Below, piece after piece: positions 51,241 through 63,497 of a stretch of 64,000 nt of DNA. This stretch comes from Hydrolagus colliei. Its lineage: Eukaryota. Under the pieces are notes generated by a model. It saw nothing but the letters and a program-made list of their open reading frames with translations, was not told the DNA's origin and searched no databases. Each line of letters begins with the position of its first letter. Position 1 is the first letter of the stretch. Location: assembly GCA_035084275.1 (NCBI GenBank), contig CM068747.1, forward strand, positions 22,320,001 through 22,384,000, given 5' to 3'. A program made the position numbers and the translations under genes.

Positions 51241-52443
51241 AGAATCATAGAATCATAGAATCATAGAATTTTACGGCACAAAAGGAGGCCATTCGGCCCA
51301 TCTAGTCTGTGCCGGCTCTTTGAAAAGAGCGATTCAATCCCACTGCCCTGCCCGCTCCCCATAGCCTAATAGACCCGTTCTCCCTAAATAAAGATCTAAT
51401 TCCCTTTTAAAAGTTGTTATCGAATCAGCCTCCACCACCTTTTCAGGCAATGCATTCCAGATTTACCAATTTGTCTATATCCTCTTGCAGATGGCTACTA
51501 TCCTCCTCACTGTTTACTATTCTCCCTAACTTAGTGTCATCTGCAAACTTGGAAACTGTACTCCGTACACCCAAGTCCAGATCATTGATGTAGATTACAA
51601 ACAGCAATGGACCCAAAACCGATCCCTGTGGCACACCACTGCTCACTTCCCTCCAATCTGAAAAACAGCCGCTCACTACAACTCTCTGCTTTCTGTCTCG
51701 CAGCCAGTTGTGGATCCACGCAGCCACTGTCCCTTTTACGCCATGGGCCTTTAATTTCATAATAAGTCTCTCATGTGGCACTTTGTCAAATGCCTTTTGA
51801 AAGTCCATGTAAACTACATCAACTGCGCTACCATTATCCACCCATTCCGTTACCTCATCAAAACATTCTATCAGATTTGTAAGGCAAGATTTGCCTTTAA
51901 CAAATCCATGTTGACTGTCCTTTATTAGCCTATATCTTTCTAAGTGAAGATCTACCTTGTCCCTGATTATGGACTCTAGAAGTTTGCCCACTACCGACGT
52001 TAGACTGACTGGTCTGTAGTTACCAGGCTTGTCCTTCTGCCCCTTTTTATACAAGGGAGTAACATTAGCTATCCTCCAGTCCTCTGGCACGACCCCTGTG
52101 TCCAAGGAAGATTGAAAGATCGTGGCCAGAGTCCCTGCTATTTGCTCCCGTGCCTCACTTAGTAACCTAGGGTGCATCCCATCCGGACCAGGTGACTTAT
52201 CCACCTTGAGCGACGTCAACCTTTTTAGAACTTCCTCTCTGGTAATAATTATTCTATCCATTTCTCCTACCCTCTCCTCTAATACCATGGCATTGGCTGT
52301 ATCCTTTTCTTTTGTGAAGACAGAGGCGAAGTACTCATTCAGTACATCAGCCATGCCCTCTGCCTCCACAATGAGATTTCCTCCTAGGTCCCTAATTGGC
52401 CCCACCCTATCCTTGACCAACCTTTTACTCTTAATATGTTGCT
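51241..52443 (-). mobile_element. 5'-truncated CR1 LINE with RT ORF2 fragment and an internal deletion
   Basis: ORF 51443-52420 has KSPGPDG, NYRPVSLTS, DFQKAFDKV, GVPQGSVLGP and FADD. The 3' tail (TTCTATGA)n appears as agaatcatagaatcat on the + strand. Confidence 0.95.
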
Positions 52444-52696
52444 ATTGGGTGGGCATCTCAAAGCATGGATTCACTGTAAAGTGTAGTGATCCTGTAGTTT
52501 GCAGTGAATGCGGCAGCAGATTTGCGCACATCGGTGTCCCACAAGCAGCCATGAAGTGGGTGACTTGTTTTATCCAGCTAATGGTGGCTGAGGAACCAGA
52601 AAGAGATTCCCTTCTAGAGTTCAAAGTACTTGAACCCACAATATTCTGACTCGAAGGCAAGACGAGACTGCTACCAACTGAGCCAGGCTAACATGT

Positions 52697-53007
52697 GGAA
52701 TCCTGAAGCTCAGTGGTTAGAGCACTTACCTTGCAAGCGAGAAACCTGGGTTCGATTCCAGGCAGGATGAAACCTTGGGCAAATTTCCTTACTCCACACA
52801 CCTAATAAAATTCCTTGGGAAAAACAAGATAAATGAGTCATTTCAATTCATGGCTGTTTGTGGGCACTGCTGGGTGCAATTGGCTGCCATGTTTCTCCCA
52901 CATGGCAGCCAATTGCACCCAGCAGTGCCCACAAACACTGTAAAGCACTTTGAGATGTGTCTAGAAGACGTGAAAAGCGTTATATCAAATGCAAGGATTA
53001 TTATTAT
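52697..53007 (+). mobile_element. tRNA-derived SINE containing an internal inverted duplication
   Basis: Family head and tail are present; the hairpin at 52855-52937 replaces part of the body. Confidence 0.9.
52855..52937. repeat. Perfect 38-bp inverted repeat with a 7-nt loop
   Basis: tgtttgtgggcactgctgggtgcaattggctgccatgt - ttctccc - acatggcagccaattgcacccagcagtgcccacaaaca. Confidence 0.97.
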
Positions 53008-53247
53008 CTATAAAGTATACAAGCACATGGATGAATGTTTCCGTGTTTCTGTTCCGTTCTATCAGTTTGAATTGAATAGAATTCACACCATTACGATTAA
53101 ATGAATTTAGAATTAGAATGACCCATACTGCAGCAACTACAGTTATAGATTGCATTTAAGAACTCGAGAACAAATCTAAATGAGAATTGATCATTTGGCC
53201 CAGATACTGAAGTTCCACAAACCAATGCTTAAAGTTCTCTTTTGTAG

Positions 53248-53271
53248 ACTTAGCTCTGTTGATATCTGTGA
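53248..53271 (+). CDS. Candidate 24-nt frame-preserving micro-exon (LSSVDICE)
   Basis: gcttaa...ttctcttttgtag| A CTT AGC TCT GTT GAT ATC TGT GA |gtaagt. Open in the phase-2 frame used by the PDE1 N-terminal exons. No homologue recognised. Confidence 0.3.
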
Positions 53272-53690
53272 GTAAGTTCTTTATTATTTCTCCTTGAAAC
53301 CCTCCCTTTTCCCCACCCGCCCGGCAATCAAGTAAAATCTTTCATTACTTTGCACTCTAAACTTAGCAATCCAGTCAGTTGCTATCAACGGTTATCATTT
53401 CCACTGTTGTGTTGCATGTTTCCCATTCCCAACTGGATATAAATTCGGTTAATTCTGGAAATGTAAGTTAGCTGTTTCCTCTAGTTTTGTGTGTGTTAAT
53501 TAATAGCTATTGTTTCTTGAGACCTATTAGGTTTGTATTTCTTTCCTTTTTACATCCACAGTCCAAGCCAAATAACGTGCTTACATTTTTTTTTACACAC
53601 AGAGAGTTGTTCCCAGTGCCTTGGGATGACCTCCCGATGTGAAAGGCGCTCTAGAAATGTAATTTTGTTGGTTGTTGTTGTTGTTGTTAC

Positions 53691-53900
53691 TGTCTGGAAT
53701 GCACTGTGTGCAAGGTTGATGGAAACAGATTCAATAGCAACTTTCAAAGGGGAATTGAAGACGAAATGATACTTGAAGAGGAAATATTTGCAAGATTATA
53801 GGGAAAGAGTGGAGAACTTAGTGGAACTCATTGGGTAGCTTTTCCAAAGGGCCAACATAATTGTCCAAATGGCCTCCTTCACTGCTGGAACATGATTCTA
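53691..53900 (+). mobile_element. Degenerate CR1 3' fragment
   Basis: VWNALCARLMETDSIATFKGEL, followed by a ccaaatggcctccttc...gattcta tail. Confidence 0.7.
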
Positions 53901-54129
53901 TTAATCTGCATCATGTATCCATCTCAGTGTACCCAGGTATTTAAAGCAATGCTATAATGCCCCCCAAATAATAACTTGTATGTAGCATCTCTAGTTCTGT
54001 GTTGTGCCATAATCTGGAGCTATGAAAAATTGTAAGCAACAGAGATCTTGCGTTCTCCTCATGTCCTTCAGTAGACGTTTCTCTGAAACAAATTAGAATT
54101 CTCTGCTTCCCTAAGGGTAAATCGATTGG

Positions 54130-54345
54130 ATGTTGACAACGACAAAATGACATTTGTACAGCGCCTTTCATACCGAGAGGATGTCCCAAGGTGCTGGACA
54201 AATCAGTGTTTCAGATCCGAGCTGGGCATCAAGATTGGAGAGGGTAGAGAGCAGGGGAGAAGGAGTGGGACCAAAGGCAAAGTCGAAGCGGAGAGTCTTG
54301 CAACGTGTTTTGAAGGAGGCAATGGAGGGGGTTGCGATAGAGTGC
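54130..54345 (-). mobile_element. Degenerate L2 3' fragment
   Basis: L2 tail plus a purine-rich stretch (gtcgaagcggagagtcttg...ttgaaggagg) homologous to 56560-56680. Confidence 0.65.
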
Positions 54346-54908
54346 TTGGAGTTGACAGGCTATCAATATGGAGTTACAAATGATTTTCATGTTTAAAGAA
54401 TTGCATTTCTTCCCACATTAAAAAGCAAATGGGCTGTGAGCAGACGCTGCAATGTCAATAACCACTCACCCCAACACAGTTTACGCTCACAGGCAATTTA
54501 GAAAAAGCTTCGCCATTTCACAAGCAGATGGTTATTGTCAAAACAAATCAGAGGAGAATGCAAATCCACATCAGCATCAGTCATTTTAGTGTTTATATTG
54601 GACACAAAGCCCAGATGCGCACCTCTAATGCTTCATGTTAACGTGTGGGAGGCTGTGTACGAGACAATAAATGAAGGTCATGGTGATGATTCTGATGCTG
54701 GTAGAGTTGCAATAGTACTGACTGCATGAACATTCATCTCAATCTGCTCATTCTTAACTGGAAACCAAGATATTCTATTGTGGGTTGGTCTGGAATTCAC
54801 TTTAAGCTAGATTTTTTCTCGAACACATTGTCTTTGGAATTAGTGGTGATCTCTCTGAAATCTTTCCTCCTCATAGTAACAATAGGCAACAGTCAAAAGA
54901 GTACCCAT

Positions 54909-55233
54909 GATAATAATAATAATAATCCTTGCATTTGATATAGCGCTTTTCACGTCTTCTAGATGTCTTAGAGCACTTCACAGGATATAATGTAAAGTGA
55001 ATTGACTGTATATTTGTGGGCGAAATGCGGCAGCCAATTGCACACAGCAGTGTCCCGAAAACAATTGTGGATTGGATTAAAATGACCAATTGATTACTAT
55101 TTTTTTTGGAGGGATTATTGTCGGGCGTGTGGAGTAGGAAACTTCCCCGAGGTTTCGCCCTGATCTGCTAGGAATTGAATCCAGGTCTCTCGCTTGTAAG
55201 GCGAGTGCTCTAACTACTGAGCTCGGGGACTCC
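54909..55233 (-). mobile_element. tRNA-derived SINE, full length
   Basis: Reverse complement of the family consensus, including the A and B boxes. Confidence 0.9.
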
Positions 55234-56504
55234 ATCTACCGTCATCTGTTGTGCCCTCTATTATGTTTGAGCCGATGATGAACAACACGGTGCGATTAGT
55301 GGACAGTAGCCCCGTCCAGCCACTGCCATGAATAATACAGTACTTGGCGGCATGTGATAGGGGAGAGGGGCAGTGCGTGGTGCTGGGTGGAGTTGAGAGA
55401 AGGGCAATGTGTGGGGGTGGCTGGGGTGGGGTCGAGAGAGGGGCTGTGTGTGATCGAAGTAAGTGTGATGATGGAACAGCATAGACAGCAAAGTGGCAAA
55501 CTCAGGGTCTGCAAGGCAATTGTTTGTTTTCAAAAGTCACCTATGATCCATACCGTATACAATAATAGTCCTTGCATTTGATACAGCGCCTTAATCTCTT
55601 TGAGACGCCTCTGAGCGCTTCACAGAATATACTGTAAACTGAATTGACTGTGTAGGTTGCGGGCGGAACTGCAGAAGACTCCTGTTATAACACACTTTGT
55701 TACAAACGTGCGGCTGCTTACAGTACGATCGGGATGTGGACCCCGATGTTTACAGCATTGTTAAATATTTGGTAGCAAAATGGGAAGCTCCAGGCTCACA
55801 TTGTTCCCTTTCCATTGTGAAATAACACATCTGCCTGACATCTGGATGAACTTACATTGCTCCACTGAGTACAACCGCCACAACTGTCCTGTGTGCACAT
55901 CCTTAGTTTTTATTTGAACGGGATTATCTGGCGCACACACTTTGATTTCGCTTTGAAGCTGTTTGCGTGCGCAGGTATTTGCTTGGCTTCTTCAAGGCAG
56001 GGTTGCAAATACGGTTGTGACCTGCCCCTGGCTCGGTCCCGGGATCCGTTGTTGCAAAGCGCTCTGAGACGCCGTCCGCTCTGAGACGCCGCCACCCCAA
56101 TCGTGCTATATGTGAACCTCCATTATAACAAAAAGCGTGTTACTATTTTTTTACTATATATCCAGTTGTGCGTGTGTGTGCGCGCGCGTGCATATATACA
56201 CATATATGTATATATCCATAGACATCTGGAAACCGAAAATTGTTTATGTGCATCCAAGTTTGTCACCTTTTTAAAGGCTGCCTGCCCCTCTCTTGAGTGC
56301 TTTTAGTGCTGTGAATGTGAAGTTGTGCTGCCAAATCCCATGTCTTCAGCTTGCTCCCAGTGGAGTCACACAATGTTAAAACATGAGCATGTTAAAGCTG
56401 TTGTGAAAGCGTAATTATAATTTACCGGTAATTATGTTTTGCTTTTTGGAAATATTTACCCAATTATCAAAGTTTCCAAACACTCAATGCACTTTGCTGA
56501 GGAA

Positions 56505-56953
56505 TAACAACACAAACAAAATTACACTTGTACAGCGCCTTTCATGTCAGGAGTGCATCATAAGGTGCTGGACAGTCATTGTTTCAGAGCTGGGGTTGGG
56601 GACAGGGAGGTGACCAATGAGACCGTCGAAGAGCAGGGTCTTAAGGCGTGACTTCAAGGAGGCCAGGGAGGGAGCGAGCGAGGCAGAAGGACTGCGGGAT
56701 GGAGATCCAGAATTTGGGGGCAGAGTGGCTGATGGCTCGTTCGCCAATGGTGGGGTGGTTGGGTCGGGAGGCATGGAGCAGGCCAGAGCCCGCTGAGCGG
56801 AGGAGGCGAGCAGGTTGGTAGGGGTTTAGGAGGTCGCAGAGATAGGGTGGGGTGAGGTCGTGAAGGGCTTTGAAGGTGAGGACCAAGATTTTGAATTGGG
56901 TCCTCTGGGTGATGGGGAGCCAATGGAGTCGGGCGAGGGTTGGGGAGATGGGA
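56505..56953 (-). mobile_element. L2-type LINE 3' fragment
   Basis: The minus strand reads HWLP...FKILVLTFKALHDLTPPYLCDLL...IGERAISHSAPKFW. The L2 tail lies at 56505-56570. Confidence 0.87.
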
Positions 56954-57711
56954 TCACAAAGCTTTTCACTGTGCTTTGTTAGATTGAATCTCTTTGCTTT
57001 GTATTTGATGAATTGTGACTTCCAGAAGTTTAATGTAATCTGGTGATATATGATAATGTTTGGTCTATTGTTTAGAATTTTAGATAGTTAGACTGGCTCT
57101 GTTGGTAACACTCTCACCTTTGAGAAGGACTTTGAACTCATTGTCTCAACTGAAACTTAAATGATGTTCTGGGATGTGCCTGACTGTTGGAATTGCTGTC
57201 CTTTTGGATGAGAAATTAAACAGGAGTCCCTCTCTGTATTATATTTGGTTCATTGTGTTAGAGTTTGTTGAAAGTTAATGAAAAAATGCAATATATACAA
57301 ATATATAACAACAACAAAATTACATTTATAGAGCGCCTTTTACGTCGGGAGGACATCCCACGGCGCTGGATATACTACACAAATATACCAAACATCCAAA
57401 GCTTCTGAGTTAGTTTGTTTTTGATGGACAAAACATTTGGAGAAGACGATATTGTCAATAATTTTCTACAGATATGACAGGCTGGAAATGGGCATAATAA
57501 AGGGCTATGAAGCAGCTTCTCTGTATATGTAACATTGCAACAAGTGTGTTATTGCACTGGTGCAGGCTGAAGCTGTAGTCTTGAGACAAATGGATGGCTT
57601 GCAAAAGAATCAGATCATGATATGGAGCAGCCCAGTTCTCATTGCCGGTCTCTTTTACGAAAAGAAATGCAAAAATGAGCACATGGTTTCACTAAGGAAC
57701 ATTCAAAGTAC

Positions 57712-57940
57712 AGTAGTGGGAATGTGGAACTTGCTACCACAAGATGTTTTTGAGGCAAATCGCATAGATGTATTTAAGGGGAAGCTAGATAGGTACACGA
57801 GCGAGAAAGGAATAGAAGGTTATGCTTGTAGGATTAGTTGAGGAAGGGCAGAAGAAAGCTCATATGGAGCATTAACATCGACATAGACCAGTTGGGCCAA
57901 ACAGCCTGTCTCTGTGCTATATATTCTAATGTATTCTAAT
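57712..57940 (+). mobile_element. Older CR1-like 3' fragment
   Basis: VVGMWNLLPQDVFEANRIDVFKGKLDRY, followed by the gaccagttgggcc...cctgtctctgtgct 3' UTR and an attcta repeat tail. Confidence 0.75.
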
Positions 57941-60900
57941 CTATTTACTTTGCCTAAAATAAAAGCTCAACATTGTAAACCGCAGCTTTGAATTAGGCAG
58001 CAAAAAGTATAACTTTAGAAATGTTTTAGTTGCAGGAGGAGGGTTTTATGGTCAGCCGGAAGTCACATACAGAAACCCATCATCATGCTAACGAGTAAGC
58101 AAACCGGACTGAAATTTCCATGTACATATGCCAACTACACATGGATATTTCCCTCTGTCTAGAATGGAATTTCTCACAAGGTACGGGTTGGCAAGAACCA
58201 AGGCTTGAAGATCCCACGTGGGGTAACTGTAGCAGTTTAACCAGCTAAAACCACATAGCTTGTCATTGAGAGCACTGTCTGGCAAGCTTCTTGCTGCTTG
58301 GCCAACTTGGACCTCCCTATCCTTGGCTTGGTGTGTTAACAGGAGTTAAATGGGAAGAATCCATACTCCCAGTGCCCTGGATTACTGTGGATCCACGTCG
58401 CTTAGGAACCTAACTACTGAGCCAGCAACAGAGGATTGATTCGATTCCAAACTTCTGTAGCCAAGCATATTACCTTAGAGGTCATTCAGTACATGATGAC
58501 TGATGTGCCAGCTCCCCAGTACTGTAGTCTTATTCACTGCATTTTTCCCCAAGAATCTCTGAGGCCTCTATCAGTTGCTATTTTACGCAGCATCCAGCTA
58601 ATTGCAATAATTTTAGCCACAAAGCTGCACAGTTGAGCACAAAGTGCCACTTATGGATATTAGATATGTTGCTGCCGTGTATAAATATTTTTCGTGAGGT
58701 AGTGAGAATAACTCAAAACCGTGACCAAACTTCAATGAGACCATCTTTGTCCTTGCTACAGCGAAGGTCTTGGCAGAACTGAGAACAAATCTAATGTTAT
58801 TTAATGCTATGTTTAGTGCAAATGCTCATACATACATTCATTCATTTATTCATGCATTGGTCATCTATGTTAATATTTTCATAGCACAACAAGAACTATT
58901 ATTATCTAGTGAGAAGCACAGAGACCCTAATCTTTTGCGGGAATTTTTTGAATGTTAGATAGCAGCTAGACTTTCAGATAAAAATTATCCTTAAAAAGAG
59001 CCAGCAACAGAGGTTATGGGCAAATGACAAGCATGTGGGACTGAATAGGATTGCACTTGAGGGAACCGGCACAGACATGATAGGCCGAATGGCCTTCTCC
59101 TCTGCTGTAATTTTTAATGCATTGGTTAACAGATAATTGTAAAAACAGCGGACATGTATATACCAAATAGAAATAAGTGGCTTGAAAAAATAGCTCTGGT
59201 TAATTATTGTGTCCCATGAAGAGTGTTTATATCTAATTGCTGTGGAACAATAACAAATTTTGTTGTCAATAGCAGAGTAAACTAATTTGAATGACAAACC
59301 AGAATTGTGTATATATTTGAAAATGCAGGCATCAATAATAGCCACCAAGGGAGTTGCATAATCTTGGATTTTTAAAATAGATGAAGCGATTAAACTTTAT
59401 GTTTTATGGCTTATTCACTCCATGTTTCATTAAACATGAAACGTTACATTTTGGAATGGTTTATCTTTGTTGAACAGAATGTATTTGTTACTCAGAAAAA
59501 AATCTCCTCTCTTCCCTGTAATATTCATTGTTTATTGTTTGTGGGACACACATACTCTAAGGCTGTTCCTGTGATGTTAGTCGTTTGTTCCGTTGTGTGT
59601 ATGATGTCTTTTGGATGCCGTCTGAGGCCAAGCGGAGGAAAATATCTTTTCAGTGTGACCCAGAGGTTCAATTAGAGTCCCTTAATAAGCCATTGATAAA
59701 ATAATACCACAAAAAATTGCTCTCCTGATACTTTGCAACATGTGGCTTATTTCAATCTCCTTTTTCTGACAGTGACAGTATATTCTAGTGCTGATAATTC
59801 CAGAACAGTGTATTCTGGAGAGCAAACTGGATGCACGCCATCTGTAGAAATTGTGTCACTCTTGCCAAATAACCTAAAGGAGCTATTTATAATTACATTT
59901 TACATTTTCAAAATATTATTTTCTTAAAAGAACAGTCTGCCCCAAATTATGTATTATTAAAATGCCGAACGATTAATTTCCTTTCCTGTTTAATGTTAGT
60001 TATAAATTAAATCTAACTCACTGCAGTGATGGTGTCTGGATGTAAATCAAGAGCAACAATGGAGAATATATTCTAAAGACTGTTGTACCAGGAAGACAAA
60101 GAACAGCCTAGAGTATTTAGAAGGACTAGGTTCTATCTGCACTGAGTAACTAGTGCAAAATTGGACCATGTGTACATAAGGTACTCAATCTCGACAATTA
60201 ATAACAAGCAAAAATCATGAAAGACGAGGAAGTTTAGGGAAGGGTTTAAAAGAAAAGTGTCTCTGAGATGATGATGATGATAATAATAATGTTCGCATGT
60301 GCTGGTACCTTCTACGTTGGGAGCACATCTCAAAGCACTTCATAGTATTACATGTAAAATGTAGTGACTGTATTTTATAGGAATAGCGGACAGCAAGTAG
60401 CACCGATGGAATTGGATGTCAGAAACACGAGGCCAGACAAAGAGTAGACAGGGGAAATTAGAAAAGCCATTTGAGCTGCTAAATTTTAAAAGGAAATATC
60501 AGATTATATCACAAGATTCAAGAGAAGCAAAAGTAGTTGTATAAACAGCAAAGCTCCTTTCTCTCCTCCTGTGCGAGCATTTTTATATACTGAGCTCAGA
60601 TTGGCAGATACACACCGGACAAATATATTTTATGAGAGAGATCAACACCAAATTTCAACCCCAACGTGACCCAAATCTACAAACGAGCTTGCAAAAGCTC
60701 AGCTACTGAAGCACTGCAAGGTTCGCTGGATTTAATTTGTTTTGGTGACCATAAATAGGACTATGATGTTTCTTACATTGCAGCAAAGCGTCTTCTCATC
60801 GCAGGTTACGTTAACCTCAGCGTGAGCCAGCCAATTAATCTTTGAATGGCACGGTTCCAAGGAAAAGCGGAGTTAAGAATGATATTGCTTGGCTCACAAT

Positions 60901-62017
60901 GGGATGTTATACAGTCCTCATGTTTTGCAGGAAATCTGTACGCTAGTACAATTGAATGAGCATTAAAGTAATGCGGTGTGAGCATTTAATAAATATGTTT
61001 GCTTCAGAAAAGTATCATTTGTATAAGCCAAAGCTTTAACACTTTGGGTGGCCTGAGCTGGACAAACAACAGGAAACTTTCCCAGACTTTCAAGGCAAAC
61101 TGAGCAGTTTTAGCTGGTTAAACTCCAGCAATATTCCACGGCACGTTCTGGAGACATCAACTGTTGGCTCTTACCAATCTGTGCCTACTACTCTCCAGAA
61201 TTAAGTAATCAAAGTGCAGGGAAAGAGTGAACATTTCATCCTAGATACAGGTGTGTAGGTGGCTTACCATTGTCGAACGGCTTGGATTCCACAGTATTTA
61301 GCATAGTGATGGGTTTCCGCACGCCTCAGATTGAACAAATAAAATACTATTCACGTGAGTTATGCTTAATTCTGTGGTACGTCTGCCTATAACGTCATCT
61401 ATAACTACTGTATTTTGCTATATTGCCCTGTTCGACTGCTTAATGTAAACTAAAACATTATTGATTTAATCCAGTGTTTTAAGTGCCTAATCATACAAGC
61501 TCTAACATGTGTCCCATTTATATATTACCCATATTACTTTACAGAACAAAAAATTAACTTCCCAGAACAATCCAATAACATTTCAAGTATATCGTCCTTC
61601 ACTTTCGACAATGTTTCAAAAGTTTTAAAACAGTGGCTGGCCATCCAAGGCGTGTGGGTTGGTGAAGGGAGAGGAGGAGAAAGGCCCAAAGCACAAGTTC
61701 AATGACATTTAGTAACTGTGGTTGACAATAGGATTCATTTCTAACAGAACGAATGGCCTTGTCGGTCTTACAAATGTGTTCTCATGAATCAAGCATGCAA
61801 TACAGTACCGCAGTGTCCCGTAATGGAATCATTTTGACCTTAATTTCATCTACTTTTTCCAGTAATTGTGCCCTTTTTATTCTGTGCGATTATAACATAA
61901 TTGAAGACCAAAGAAAATGATGGATATGAATGTGGCTAAAAATGATGTGCAGCTGTACCCTAATTGAGTCCAGCTTGCAAATAATATCTGGGAGCAGAGT
62001 TACATTACACCGCATTA

Positions 62018-62347
62018 GAATCCTGTAGCTCAGTGGTTAGAGCCCCCGCCTCGCAAGTGAAAGACCTAGTTTTGATTCCCGGCATGGTGCAACCTTGGGC
62101 AAGTTTGCTTAACCCACAAGCGTCTGTTTACCTAGCAGTAAGTAGGAACCCGGTTGTGAGGCGATTTGATCGCATTTTTGTGGGGAACATTTCCTTTTAA
62201 AAAAAAGTTATAATAAATTGCTATGTGCAATTGGCTGCCATGTTTCGCCCAAAGAAACATACAGTGAATTCACTTTACACTATATTCCGTGAAGCGAATA
62301 TACATGCACTTGAATAGGTGCTATGTCAAATGCAAGGATTATTATAT
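62018..62347 (+). mobile_element. tRNA-derived SINE, long-middle variant
   Basis: gaatcctgtagctcagtggttagagc...ccttgggcaagt...ctgtttacctagcagtaagtaggaaccc, ending in the family tail. Confidence 0.88.
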
Positions 62348-63182
62348 TATTATGTTATTGATTTCCCCTCCCCTTAATTTAAAATTAATTTGAAGAACTG
62401 CAGGTGAATTATGCTGCTGAGGCAGAATGGAGCAACGCTGGATTAAGTCAGTGTTCTGCATGCCAGCACTGGCAACGCCTTCACATCCTTCTGCATGCAA
62501 AAAAACATGGATCAAATCTTGGCCTGGAAACTTGTTGCATTGTAGGCACGGCTCAGTTGTCTTTACCGTGGCCTCATGGGATTTCAAGATTAATTGCTGA
62601 AACTAAAACTGATCCAACTGTCACCTCTTACATTTGCTGTGGTCTAGCCAGCGAGAGGTCACATTTGGAAGGTGAAACCTCCAATTGGTGGTTAATTGGT
62701 GGTTTAGGGTAAAGCCTCCCTTGACTAGCAGTTCATTACGTGCATGACTGCCAGGCTCCAGACTTGTCAGCATTGCCAGTGCTACTGCTACACATGGAAG
62801 ATATGGAAGGTTATCTGTGCGACTGAACTTAATTGCATTCAAACTTGCAGGGCCATTTAATGGAGTGCAAACCACCCACCTGTGCAAATTGTTGAGTAGG
62901 GGACTTATGCAGATCCATGTTGGGAGAGATGAAATTGATTGAAATAAGTGAACTGTGATTTTATATTTTCTTTATAAATAAAGTCCATTAAGCACAGCCC
63001 ACTTAGCGCAATCAATTTAATTTCCTTCTAATACATCAAGCTTCTGCTATAAATAAATAGGGTTCACTTAGAGCATTGGGCTTCATGTGATTTAAGAGTT
63101 CACAGGGAATCATCTGTTCAGATCACTTGTTGCTTTGTTCTGCTGCACTAATGGGTGATGGCTTTATCCATTTCTCCCTCAC

Positions 63183-63231
63183 CCTCCGCCTCCTTCCTTC
63201 CTCCCTCCCCCCCCCCCCCCCCCCCCCCCCC
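63183..63231. repeat. C-rich tract ending in poly(C), G-rich on the minus strand
   Basis: ccctccgcctccttccttcctccct followed by about 25 C. Confidence 0.9.
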
Positions 63232-63327
63232 ATTCTGGATCCAAGACAAATCAGTGATGTTGCAAGATTTGAAGACTTTATAGAGTCATTCTTCAGCAAC
63301 ATCACAAGATCGCACAATTGGTCTATG

Positions 63328-63497
63328 TAATAATCCTTTCATTTGAATTAGCGCCTTATCATGTCTTTGAGACGTCACAAAGCGCTTCACAGAACATACT
63401 GTATAGTCAATTGACTGTAATATTTGTTGGCAAATCTCGGCAGCCAATTGCTCATAGCAGAGTCCAACAAACAGTCGTGGATTGAAGTGACCAAATT
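63328..63497 (-). mobile_element. SINE 3' half; similar partial copies at about 3945-4060(-), 16220-16388(+), 40830-40947(+), 55560-55670(-) and 63868-63980(+)
   Basis: Shared tail cagtcaattcactttacagtatattctgtgaagcgctttgagacgtc...gcgctatatcaaatgcaaggattatt, or its reverse complement. Confidence 0.8.
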
